Origin: Gammaproteobacteria bacterium
Lineage (GTDB): Bacteria > Pseudomonadota > Gammaproteobacteria > Steroidobacterales > JABDKV01
Direction: 5' to 3'
DNA: 64,000 bases
Assembly (NCBI GenBank): GCA_013003425.1
Contig: JABDJB010000029.1
Coordinates: 20,387-84,386, forward strand
The position numbers and the translations under genes are program-made. Numbering within the stretch: the first letter of the stretch is position 1; every line of letters starts with the position of its first letter. Positions 18,041 through 27,491 of the stretch are shown here, one piece after another. The notes beneath the pieces were generated by a model. That model was given only the letters and a program-made list of their open reading frames with translations, did no database searches and was not told where the DNA came from.

Positions 18041-20833
18041 ATGCTCCGCTCTGGATATTTAAAGCGATTATTTGCGATTCTGCTTGTGCAATGCGTGCTG
18101 GCCGGCTGTGGTGCGCCGGACCAGTCACAGGCATTTGACGCTGCCCGCGCGGCACTCGCTGCAGGGGACACCCGCACCGCACTCATTCACGTACACAACC
18201 TGCTGCGTAGTGACCCGGACCATATTGAAGGACGCCTGCTGCGCGCCGAAATTTCGCTGGCGATGGACGACGGCGCGCTGGCCGAGAAGGACCTGCAGCG
18301 CGTGCTGGATCTCGGCGTTTCATCAGACGATATCGTGATACGGCTTGGCGAGGCGATGCTGTTGCAAAACGCTTTCGGCCACCTGATCGCCGACATTCAC
18401 ACCGGCGCGACAAATGATGACTCAACCCGTGCGCGCATACTGCTGCTGCGGGGCGATGCGTATCTCGGCCTCGAACGCCTGGACAGCGCCGAACAGGCTT
18501 TTCGTGACGTCGCCGACATGGATCCTGGCTCGCCGCACGCGTTGGCCGGGCTGGGCCGCGTTGCATTTTCTCGTGGTCATCCGGACCTGGCCCTGGGGTT
18601 TTTATCGCGGGCACGAGCGATGGCGCCGGGCGACGTGGACATCCTGCGTGCCTACGCTCGCTTTCACCTTGAAGCCGGCAACCTCGACACTGCGAAGGAG
18701 GCATTCAACGAGGCATTAGCGGCGCGACCGGAAGGCCGGCTCGGGCAGCAGAATTTCGCCACACTCAGCGGGCTGTTTGAAACTCATATGCGCCTCGGCG
18801 AGGTCGATGCAGCAGGCGAACTGGCCGAACAGGCACTGGCCGGTTCACCGGGGCATCCCCTGGCGCATTACCTGATGGGCGAACATGCCGTGCGCACTGG
18901 CAACCCGCTCCAGGCGGCAGAACACCTGCAGCGCACCCTGTCGGCATTGCCGTATCACCTCGGCGCGCTGTCGCAACTTGGACTGTTATCACTGGAACAG
19001 CAAAGGTTCGACCTGGCTGAATCGTACCTGCGTCAGGCCCTGGCGCTGGATGAAGACAATGCCAATTTGCGCATGCAGCTGGCGCGAACACTGCTGGCGC
19101 AACGCGAAGGCGACACCGCACTGGAAATACTTGCGCCGATTACCCGGGATGCGAGCGAGTCTCCGGAAATGCAGGCATTGCTGGGTGGTGCTACCCGCCT
19201 GTCGCACAAACACTCCGGATGGCTCGACTACTTCGAACAGGCCGCGGCGTCGGACCCGGACAACACCTACTGGCAGCTGGAACTGGCCCGGGCCTATCTT
19301 GCTGCCGGCGAGCCTGACGAGGGCCTGGCTGTGCTGGCAACCATCCCGCGTTCAGTCGACATCGCCGACCCGCTGGACCGACTGCTGCTGGAGGCACACC
19401 GTCGCAGGGGCGATTTCCAGGCGGCGCTGGCGGCCGGCGTCGCGCTGCACAAACGCGACCCCGACAACAGCAGTCTGGAACTGTTGATTGGTGAAATACA
19501 TCTCGATGCCGGCAACCAGGCTGCCGCACGCAGCGTCATGGAACAGGTGATGGATTCCGGCCCCGCGGACGCCGAGACTCTGTTGTTTGCCGGGCAAGTG
19601 GAGCTTCGCAGCGGCGCCCATGATGCCGCGGAGCGCTATTTTCAAAGTGCCCATTCATTGCAGCCAGACAACCTGAAAGCAATTACCTCGCTGGCAGTTC
19701 TCGCGAGGCGTCAGGGAAACGTTGGACAGGCCATCAACATCTTTGAAGGTGCGCGTGAAACCAACCCGGGCTCGCTGCTGCCGCTGGTTGGTCTGGTGTC
19801 GCTGTACCTGCAGCAGGATAATGTTCAACGTGCCTACGAAACAGCGCAACAGGCGGTCCAACTTCATACCGATGACCCGCGCGCACTACTGGCGCTGGGC
19901 GCAACGCAAATGCGGCGTGAAGAATATCGCGACGCAATTGCGACCCTCGAGGACGCCTCGATACATGCCCGCGATGCTGCCCTGATACATGCCGCCCTGG
20001 CGCACGCGTTCCGCGCGGCGGATCGCGAACGCGATGCGCTGTTTTCCATGCAGCGTGCAATCAGGCTGGCACCGCACAAGATTGAGTATGCCGTTGTAGC
20101 AATTGAACTGAGCCTCACTCTCAAGAAATACGATGATGCAGAACAGCTTGCGCGGCAGGTTATTGCGGCCAACCCGGAAAGTGCAGAAGGGCATCGGCTG
20201 CTCGGCGAAACCCTGATGGCGCAAGGCAAATTTGTCGTTGCAGCGCAGGCTTTCGCCGCTGCTGCAACAGCTGATCCGAGCGAAGCAAATACAATCCGCC
20301 AGTTTCGCGCACTGGCCCGCGCAGGATCCGGCGATGCGGAAAGAGTCTTGCGCGATCGGCTGGAAGCCCACTCCGGCGACTGGCGGGTGCGGCAGGCACT
20401 GGCTGGCCTGCTCCACCGTAAAGGCGCATATGTCGAAGCCATCGAGCATTACCAGCAGATACTTCAGTTGGCCCCCGATAACGCAATGGTTATGAACAAC
20501 CTGGCCGTGCTGTACAAACTGACTGATGACGAACGGGCGCTGGAGATGGCGCAACGGGCCCATGACCACAGCCCGCACATCGGCAATTTCACCGATACGC
20601 TGGGCTGGCTGCTGGTGCAAAACGGCCAGACCACGCGCGGCAATGCGTTGCTGCGCAAGGCCGTACAACAGCTACCCACTGCCCCGGAAATTCGCTATCA
20701 CCTCGCTGCCGGACTGGCGCAAAGCGGGGAAGTGGATGAAGCCCGTGTGCTGCTCAGCTCCCTGGTCGCATCCGAACAGCCCTTCGATGAGATCACCGAG
20801 GCCCGCTCACTGCTGGAGCAGATCGGCCAGTAG
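18041..20833 (+). CDS. prsT: PEP-CTERM-system TPR-repeat lipoprotein (PrsT-like)
   Basis: Lipobox 'LVQCVLAGCG'. ~930 aa of consecutive TPR repeats. The size and architecture match the PrsT family that accompanies exosortase systems. ATG 18041 is preferred over TTG 18023. Confidence 0.75.
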   Translation: MLRSGYLKRLFAILLVQCVLAGCGAPDQSQAFDAARAALAAGDTRTALIHVHNLLRSDPDHIEGRLLRAEISLAMDDGALAEKDLQRVLDLGVSSDDIVIRLGEAMLLQNAFGHLIADIHTGATNDDSTRARILLLRGDAYLGLERLDSAEQAFRDVADMDPGSPHALAGLGRVAFSRGHPDLALGFLSRARAMAPGDVDILRAYARFHLEAGNLDTAKEAFNEALAARPEGRLGQQNFATLSGLFETHMRLGEVDAAGELAEQALAGSPGHPLAHYLMGEHAVRTGNPLQAAEHLQRTLSALPYHLGALSQLGLLSLEQQRFDLAESYLRQALALDEDNANLRMQLARTLLAQREGDTALEILAPITRDASESPEMQALLGGATRLSHKHSGWLDYFEQAAASDPDNTYWQLELARAYLAAGEPDEGLAVLATIPRSVDIADPLDRLLLEAHRRRGDFQAALAAGVALHKRDPDNSSLELLIGEIHLDAGNQAAARSVMEQVMDSGPADAETLLFAGQVELRSGAHDAAERYFQSAHSLQPDNLKAITSLAVLARRQGNVGQAINIFEGARETNPGSLLPLVGLVSLYLQQDNVQRAYETAQQAVQLHTDDPRALLALGATQMRREEYRDAIATLEDASIHARDAALIHAALAHAFRAADRERDALFSMQRAIRLAPHKIEYAVVAIELSLTLKKYDDAEQLARQVIAANPESAEGHRLLGETLMAQGKFVVAAQAFAAAATADPSEANTIRQFRALARAGSGDAERVLRDRLEAHSGDWRVRQALAGLLHRKGAYVEAIEHYQQILQLAPDNAMVMNNLAVLYKLTDDERALEMAQRAHDHSPHIGNFTDTLGWLLVQNGQTTRGNALLRKAVQQLPTAPEIRYHLAAGLAQSGEVDEARVLLSSLVASEQPFDEITEARSLLEQIGQ

Positions 20834-20902
20834 CCATTGGCTTTTTCGCGATCGCTGAAAAATAAGTAGACTGTTCCCTGCAGCCTTTGCGGAGACAGGG
20901 AA

Positions 20903-21367
20903 ATGGCATTGAAACAACAGCCGGTAGTCCGGCAGCAGATGCTTATTCGCAAGCCCGTCAGCGAGGTCTACGAAGCCTTCGTTGACCCGGCAATTACGAC
21001 GAAGTTCTGGTTTACCAGGAGCAGCGGCCGGCTCGAGCCGGGTGCCAATGTCACCTGGGAATGGGAGATGTATGGAGCCGTCGCGCCGGTCAGCGTGAAA
21101 GCGATGGAGACCAACGCGCGCATACTGATCGAATGGCATGATCCAGCCCACCCTGTCGAGTTCAGTTTTGACGGACGTGACGACGGCACGACGCTGGTCG
21201 CAATTAATGTCAGTGGCTTTCACGGCGACGACGAAGCGGTGGTGCCGATGGCAATGGACTCGATGGGCGGTTTTACCTTCCTGCTGGCGGCGGCAAAGGC
21301 CTGGCTCGAGCACGGCATTGAATTGAACGTGGTCGCAGACCATCACCCTGATGCACATGTGACCTAA
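20903..21367 (+). CDS. SRPBCC/AHSA1-domain protein
   Basis: 'IRKPVSEVYEAFVDPAITTKFWF...GANVTWEWEMYG' is typical of the Aha1/BPI-like SRPBCC family. Confidence 0.75.
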   Translation: MALKQQPVVRQQMLIRKPVSEVYEAFVDPAITTKFWFTRSSGRLEPGANVTWEWEMYGAVAPVSVKAMETNARILIEWHDPAHPVEFSFDGRDDGTTLVAINVSGFHGDDEAVVPMAMDSMGGFTFLLAAAKAWLEHGIELNVVADHHPDAHVT

Positions 21368-21432
21368 GCCAGCCGCGATCAAACCCCGCGCAATCCGAAA
21401 CCCGCCAACCCCGCGCGATCCGGAACCCTCCT

Positions 21433-21675
21433 GTAGGAGCGGCGTTAGCCGCGAACAAACCCCGCGTGCTGCATCATCAACAATCGTCGAACCGGCCCGG
21501 TCGGTTTGACTCCTTCTACCCTGCCAACCCACCATCAGCCGCGACGCTGCTGATTGCTGCGTCGAAGCATGGTCCCGGGCAATTCGCGGCTAAAGCCGCT
21601 CCCACGAGACATCGTCGCGAGGTGTCGCGGCTGGAAGCCGCTCCCACAGAGCCGCTCCCACAAAGCCGCTGCTAC
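21433..21675. repeat. Composite repeat: REP unit + ~57-bp head motif + REP units and half-units
   Basis: REP units at 21433..21456, 21582..21605 and 21624..21647, and half-units to 21675. The head at 21481..21537 is homologous to 28607..28661 and 40517..40565. The last half-unit contains the stop codon of the 21672..24704 gene. Confidence 0.85.
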
Positions 21676-24600
21676 AGGGAGTTGAGGAACGCGATGAGCG
21701 CGTCTTTTTCGCTCTGGCTCAAGCCCTCAAATGCTTGTTTTGACGCTTCGGCTTCACCACCGTGCCACAGGATAGCCTCGGTAAGATTTCTGGCCCGACC
21801 ATCGTGCAGATAGGCTTCGCCGCCACTGACACCGGCGGTCAGGCCGATACCCCACAGCGGCGCGGTGCGCCACTCGGCGCCGGATGCATCGCCTTCCGCC
21901 AGTGTTGCAGCCAGCCCGGGACCCATGTCGTGCAACAGCAGGTCCGTGTACGGATGAATGGTCTGGTCACGCAGTTCGGCGTGCGGGTGATACGGTGAGG
22001 TTTGCAGGTTGGCGGCATGGCATGCGGCACAACCGCTGCTGTTGAACAATGCCTCACCCTGCAATGCCTGCGTATCATCCAGGTCACGCCGCGCACTGAC
22101 ACCGAGCAGCGCTATATAGGCCGTTAGTTTTTCCAGGTACTCGTCTGCAAGTTCGCCGCCGGCCGGGCCGCAACCGCTTTGTGCTGAGCCACAGTCCGGG
22201 CTCGGCAGCAGCGACGTCATGACGCCGACATCGGTATTCAGCGCCGCGGCCACCTGGTGCTTCAATTTCGCCTGGCTTGCCTTCCAGCCAAAGCGGCCCA
22301 GCCGGGTCTGCCCGTTCTCAGGATCCGTTACCAGGTGCATGCGACCGGAAATTCCGTCGCCGTTGACATCATCCGGGTCAGCCATGGCTTCGATTTCGGT
22401 CTCCGGAATCGATTCCAGCAGGCCCAATCCAACGAGCTGCGGCGCGATGCGTGCGGAGAAATTGACTGGCGTGCCCGGCGTGAATGCGAAATTTGGCGAA
22501 CGCAGGCCGTTGCTTTCGGTCCAGCTGGCAATAGTCACGCTGCCCTCGGGGCTGCCGCTAGTCGACAAAGGTTGCAGTACGGCGCCGGTGAGCGGGTCCG
22601 GGTTGCCGCTGTCATCGCCGGTTCGAACCACGTACTGCCGCAACGGCTGGTTTATCGCCGGTGGCAGTGCGCGACCGTTCTTCGCGTGGCAGGACACACA
22701 CGAACGGTTGATGTAGTTGGTGCCGAGTAGTCCGGCCAGTTCGATAAAGCCGTCATTCTCCGGCGCTTCGTTGTGGGACCCATCACCAAAATCCGTGTGG
22801 TGCACGCGCCGGCCCTCGACGAAAACCTGGCCGTTAATGTTCGACAGGTTGGTCGGCATCTGCAGGAAATGATTGTCGGGCTCATCTGAATACTGATAGT
22901 TCAGCGTCGTGTCGCCACCGATCATTCCTGCCAGAGGCATGGGAAATGAATTCTGCGCTGCTCCCTGCGCCTCCCAGGGCACCACACCCTGGCCGACAAT
23001 ATAGAGGATGGCCGTGCCATAGTAATTGTCGCGCCCGTTCGGCGTTCCGGTCAGAAATTGACTGAGCTCGAACTCCATTCGATCGCCCACCTGCAAGGCT
23101 GAGCCCGTCAACGGGTTGAAGCCTGCGCTGCGGGTGTAGTGCCTGCGTGTTTCTCCCGGCACGTCGAGCTCGGGCACGGCACTCATGATGCCGTTGTCGG
23201 CGTACACGGCGGCTTGCAGGTGGAAAAAGCGCAACTCAGCTTCTGTGGGACTAAGTGGCCACTCGGTTGTGACATTAAAGGTAACGGTGTTGCCACCCCT
23301 GCCGACACTGTCAACAATTTCTATTTCGGCCGTGCGATGCTCCCAGTAAAACGACAGGTAGTGGTCGTAAGCCTGGAACTGCGCCTCGCGGGCATGCCGA
23401 TCGCGCGCACGGTCAGCCAGGCGCGTTATCAGAGCGGCAGGTGTGTCTTCCTGCAGCTCCGGCTCGAGCAATGTGGTTTCATCAAACAGCGGCAGAAACT
23501 GCTGGATGTATTCGACCAGCCACCAGACGCCGCCCAACCCCTGGCCATTGATATCGCCGGGGGCGGTATCGCCGGAATAGAAATACAGCGGCCTGCCTTC
23601 GAACGCAGCCTGGGATGTGCCGTCGCCACGTGTAATGGTCGACAGGCCGGGTACTCCGGACGCGGATCCATCAGCGACCAGCAGCGGCGGCCAGGTCGTC
23701 GCGCAGCCGCCGTTGCAGGTACTGCCGCCCGTACCCAGATCATTATCCAACACATAAAGTGCATAGCCGGGAAAGGCGGAGCCGGTGCCGCCGGTCAGTA
23801 TGCCGTCGACTACTGCGACCTCATTCATGTTTACCACGATTTCGCAGCCGCTTGAATCGACCGTCGCACCCGGTGGTGAGCCCGGGCACAGGTCTACGGA
23901 ATCAACCACCCCGTCGTCATCGACATCGACATCTATCTCGATGCCGGCGCCCGCGTCACCGAATACATCCATCTCCCAGATCGAATAGCCATAGATGTTA
24001 CCCGGGCTACGGCTCAGACCATTCATACGCAGGTAACGATAGGTGCCGTTGATGTCGACGATGTCGGTGCGATCACCAAACTGACCGCCGGTCTGGGTAG
24101 ACAGCGTATCCCACGACACGTTGTCGTTGGAGCCTTCAATATTGTAAGTGCCGGCGTTGGCTGCTTCCCAGAAAATCTCAACACGCGTCAATGGATAGCT
24201 TTGCGCCAGGTCGAGAACCAGGATGCCGGGATCAAGTCCATGTACCGTTTCCCAGCGCGTAAACATGTTTCCGTCTACCGCCAGGCTGGCCGGCTGCAGT
24301 TCCGAGTTTGAAGTTGCTGTCGCTGCCAGTTCGGTCGCGCTGTTGCAGGCCGTGAACCAGCCGCTGGGGCCGGGCGTGCCAAGGAACAACCCGCGCATGA
24401 TGGCAAGGTCGGCCAGCGAAACGGAACCATCGCCATCCAGATCGGCTTCCGCGTTACCGGTCAAAAATACCGACCGCATAAAACCCAGGTCCTGCAGGTC
24501 AACTACGCAGTCATTGTTGAAGTCGGCGTCGCAGGCGTTACCGATATTGTCGCCGTCGCTGTCCTGCTGAGCGGCATTGGCCACCAGCAGGCAATTGTCA

Positions 24601-24704
24601 CCGGCGTCGCTGACGCCGTCGCTGTCGCTGTCGGCTGCATTTGCTGTCGTCATGACCATTGTCAGCAGGGCGGCCAGAACTGGTGGCATTAGTCGCTCGT
24701 TCAT
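21672..24704 (-). CDS. Secreted multidomain protein: TSP3/dockerin-like Ca-binding repeats, discoidin (F5/8 type C) domain, COG4315-like repeat, C-terminal DUF1111 di-haem oxidoreductase
   Basis: Signal peptide. 'DSDGVSDAGDNC...DSDGDNIGNACD'. 'LAVDGNMFTRWET...' is discoidin-like. 'ITRGDGTSQAAFEGRPLYFYSGD' is present. 'CVSCHAKNG' and 'GCAACHAANL' plus 'EAILWHGGEA' are typical of DUF1111. Confidence 0.75.
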   Translation of the reverse strand: MNERLMPPVLAALLTMVMTTANAADSDSDGVSDAGDNCLLVANAAQQDSDGDNIGNACDADFNNDCVVDLQDLGFMRSVFLTGNAEADLDGDGSVSLADLAIMRGLFLGTPGPSGWFTACNSATELAATATSNSELQPASLAVDGNMFTRWETVHGLDPGILVLDLAQSYPLTRVEIFWEAANAGTYNIEGSNDNVSWDTLSTQTGGQFGDRTDIVDINGTYRYLRMNGLSRSPGNIYGYSIWEMDVFGDAGAGIEIDVDVDDDGVVDSVDLCPGSPPGATVDSSGCEIVVNMNEVAVVDGILTGGTGSAFPGYALYVLDNDLGTGGSTCNGGCATTWPPLLVADGSASGVPGLSTITRGDGTSQAAFEGRPLYFYSGDTAPGDINGQGLGGVWWLVEYIQQFLPLFDETTLLEPELQEDTPAALITRLADRARDRHAREAQFQAYDHYLSFYWEHRTAEIEIVDSVGRGGNTVTFNVTTEWPLSPTEAELRFFHLQAAVYADNGIMSAVPELDVPGETRRHYTRSAGFNPLTGSALQVGDRMEFELSQFLTGTPNGRDNYYGTAILYIVGQGVVPWEAQGAAQNSFPMPLAGMIGGDTTLNYQYSDEPDNHFLQMPTNLSNINGQVFVEGRRVHHTDFGDGSHNEAPENDGFIELAGLLGTNYINRSCVSCHAKNGRALPPAINQPLRQYVVRTGDDSGNPDPLTGAVLQPLSTSGSPEGSVTIASWTESNGLRSPNFAFTPGTPVNFSARIAPQLVGLGLLESIPETEIEAMADPDDVNGDGISGRMHLVTDPENGQTRLGRFGWKASQAKLKHQVAAALNTDVGVMTSLLPSPDCGSAQSGCGPAGGELADEYLEKLTAYIALLGVSARRDLDDTQALQGEALFNSSGCAACHAANLQTSPYHPHAELRDQTIHPYTDLLLHDMGPGLAATLAEGDASGAEWRTAPLWGIGLTAGVSGGEAYLHDGRARNLTEAILWHGGEAEASKQAFEGLSQSEKDALIAFLNSL

Positions 24705-25154
24705 CAGAGTCTCTTCGTTTCGCTACTCGAGCGCGCTATATTACGCAAAAGTGACAGCGCTGTCATTTTGTTCGCTTTTCCCTGTTTCTGTGGCTATAGC
24801 CTCGCCCTGCCCTGCTCAAACGTCCCGCAAAGACCGCGTCGCCGCGGGGCGGGTTTGTGCTGCGAGCATTGTTCAAAAGCTGACGGACCGGCGCGATGTT
24901 TTCGTCATCGCGACTCACGACATTCGTGCGTGCGGGGAGTCCTGATGCCGATGTGAATTGAGCCGGGCTTATTCTTTTTGTGTGGCCGAAAAAAAAGAAA
25001 CAGTCGTCGTCAGATATTGGGGCTGGCGCGGGTTATCTCAAGCTCATCTGAAATTCTGAGCATAAGTGCTTGCCCTCATTAGCGACCCAAAGCAGCAGCG
25101 CATACTGACTGGTGTGGAAGCACATTTTTGGAGGTTATAGAAAGGAGGCATATC

Positions 25155-27305
25155 ATGAAAACACAAAATGTCTTGAACCACAGCCCAGGCAGCCTGGGCC
25201 GCAGATGTGCGCAGAGGGCTGCATTGATACTTTGTGCAGCCGCGCTTGTAGCGCTACCGGGCATGGCAGTTGCGAAATCAGTCTATCTGATCGCTGATAT
25301 CAACAGCAGCCCCACCCCGATAGAAACCTACAACATCAACCCGGACGGCACGATTACCTTCCAGGCAACCGCGAATGTTCCGGCACTGGCTGGCGGCGCC
25401 GTTGGTATCGCGCTTGATTCGGTGTCAGAAACCCTGTTCATTACTTACGAGGTTTCGAATGTCATTCAGCTGGTTGACGCCAGGACTTTCGAAGTATTGA
25501 GCCAGGCCACGGCACCCGGTGCATCCAACCTGGCCGGCATTGCTTATGACGAGGAATTCGAGCTCGTTTACACGATAGATCGCAATACGCCGACACTGTA
25601 CGTCTATGAATGGGATGCGCTGAATACCACCCTGGCGCTCGCTGCCGGTTTCCCGATCGATCTGCCGGAAGCGGTCGCGCTATATGGCATCGCGCTCGAT
25701 GAAATCAATGACCTCCTTTACGTGGCAGACCCCTTTGCCAGCACACCGGCAAACAGGGGGCCCGCTGGCGGATTGGTGCATTACTACGATACGGCAACCT
25801 TCTCCAAGCAAGGCGATTTCATGCCAGCCCATCAACCGGTTGGAATCGCAGTAGATCCTCTGCGCGGGTTCGTCTACACCGGATCGATATTCGGCTCTGA
25901 CTTGCTGACCAAGTACGATGTCAACACCGATACTGAAGTCACGCAGAGCGTAAGCGACACCGGTGACGGCGTCGTAGGTCTGGCAGTTGATGCGGCAACC
26001 GGGCTGGTTTTCGCCAGTCGTGGTACCAGTTCTGCTACCGACGACCTGACCGTGTGGAATACCAGCAGCGAACCATTCGTATTGCTGGACGAGACCGACG
26101 CGCGCGGTGACGTGACCGGCGTCGTTATACCCTTCGGTGAAGTGTCGTTTAACCCGCTCAACCTGAGCAAGGATGACGGCTTGGACGAAGCGGCAGGCGA
26201 CTGCATCGTGATGAGCGGAAATGTCAGCTATGACGTCTGCTTCGACAATGCCAACGGGTTCGATGCGACCAACGTCATGATCGCCGATGAGTTTCCGGCT
26301 GATGCTATCTTTGTGTCGGCAACGGACGGCGGCACTGAGGTCTCGACCGGTCGCGTTGAATGGGCAATCACGACTCTTGCGGCTGGCTCTGCGGAACAGT
26401 GCTATCAGTTAACGTTGCAGTTGACCGGTGAGCCGCTTTCGATGATAACCAACAGCGTCACCATAGAAAGCGACCAGACACCGCCGACAACTACCAGTGA
26501 TGACACGAACGTCTGCGAGACGCCGCCTGTTACCTTTGTCGACTTGATTATCGAAGGTGAAGGTGAGGGCGGAGGCAGCCTCGGGCTTATCGAGCTACTG
26601 GCATTGATGACCACCGGCCTGACAAGCCTGATTCGACGCGTCGGACGCACAGCGAAGGCGCCGGGGATCCTTGGCGCAGCCATGATGGCGGCGCTACTGG
26701 TCATAATGATTCATCCGGCAGAGGCACAGAGCGGTGACTGGTATGCCGGCGCGAGTTTTGGCTGGTCCGATGGCGATTTTGATGCCGGCGACCTTAGCGC
26801 TGGCATGGCCGCGAAGGGCTGGACTATCAATATGGTCGATACAGACCATACCGATACCGGCATGAAACTGTTCGGTGGTTACAACTTCACGCCCAACTGG
26901 GCGGTGGAAGTTGCCTGGGTCGATCTCGGCGAGATCGAATCACGATTCGGCACCACCGTTGAAGACTCTGAAGTCAGCATGGTCGTTGCTGATACGGCAA
27001 TGGTGCATGGATACCTGGCGGAAGGTCTCGCCATCAGTGGTGTTGGGCGCTACCCGCTGAACGATAAAGGCTCGGTTTTTGCCAAAATCGGCTTCTTCTC
27101 CTGGGATGCCGATGCTGAAGCCAAGTTAATCAGCGGCGGCACCGGCAGCGCTGAAGTCAGCGACGATGGCACCGACATCACCTGGGGTGTAGGCGCCAGC
27201 TATGAGATCGCGCCAAACTGGTCGGTTCGTGGTGAATACGAAAGTTTCGCCATGTCCCGCAACGATGCAACGCTCTTTTCAATTGGCGTTGAGTTTGGTT
27301 TCTGA
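25155..27305 (+). CDS. Chimeric ORF: YVTN-type beta-propeller + DUF11-like domain + GlyGly-CTERM-like tag, fused in frame to a signal-peptide-bearing OmpA/OmpX-type 8-strand-like beta-barrel
   Basis: SD 'aaaggagg' precedes ATG 25155. 'GGGSLGLIELLALMTTGLTSLIRRVGR' is internal. It is followed by 'MTTGLTSLIRRVGRTAKAPGILGAAMMAALLVIMIHPAEA|QS', then 'DWYAGASFGW...' and a terminal 'FSIGVEFGF'. Confidence 0.7.
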   Translation: MKTQNVLNHSPGSLGRRCAQRAALILCAAALVALPGMAVAKSVYLIADINSSPTPIETYNINPDGTITFQATANVPALAGGAVGIALDSVSETLFITYEVSNVIQLVDARTFEVLSQATAPGASNLAGIAYDEEFELVYTIDRNTPTLYVYEWDALNTTLALAAGFPIDLPEAVALYGIALDEINDLLYVADPFASTPANRGPAGGLVHYYDTATFSKQGDFMPAHQPVGIAVDPLRGFVYTGSIFGSDLLTKYDVNTDTEVTQSVSDTGDGVVGLAVDAATGLVFASRGTSSATDDLTVWNTSSEPFVLLDETDARGDVTGVVIPFGEVSFNPLNLSKDDGLDEAAGDCIVMSGNVSYDVCFDNANGFDATNVMIADEFPADAIFVSATDGGTEVSTGRVEWAITTLAAGSAEQCYQLTLQLTGEPLSMITNSVTIESDQTPPTTTSDDTNVCETPPVTFVDLIIEGEGEGGGSLGLIELLALMTTGLTSLIRRVGRTAKAPGILGAAMMAALLVIMIHPAEAQSGDWYAGASFGWSDGDFDAGDLSAGMAAKGWTINMVDTDHTDTGMKLFGGYNFTPNWAVEVAWVDLGEIESRFGTTVEDSEVSMVVADTAMVHGYLAEGLAISGVGRYPLNDKGSVFAKIGFFSWDADAEAKLISGGTGSAEVSDDGTDITWGVGASYEIAPNWSVRGEYESFAMSRNDATLFSIGVEFGF

Positions 27306-27327
27306 CCGAATGACTGCAAGTGGTTTA

Positions 27328-27356
27328 GAAGCCCCGCAAAAGCGGGGCTTCTTTTA
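27328..27356 (+). terminator. Rho-independent terminator
   Basis: gaagccccgc-aaaa-gcggggcttc followed by tttt. Confidence 0.85.
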
Positions 27357-27491
27357 TCGTTGTCGTGAGCGGGCCTGCGGGGCGCTGCTGCGCAGCAGCA
27401 TAGGCAACTAATAACCATACTGGAGGCGCCAACAGGACAACTTCCGCTGTCAGGTATACTGGCGAAAGCCTTATTTTCGAGGGGGCCCGCC

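Noticed and set aside
19886-20668. 260-aa minus-strand ORF and neighbours inside the TPR gene
   Set aside because: They are antisense to the PrsT-like gene, whose TPR periodicity supports the plus-strand frame.
20807-21535. 242-aa minus-strand ORF
   Set aside because: It overlaps the SRPBCC gene in antisense and runs through the REP/head repeat. It has no motifs.
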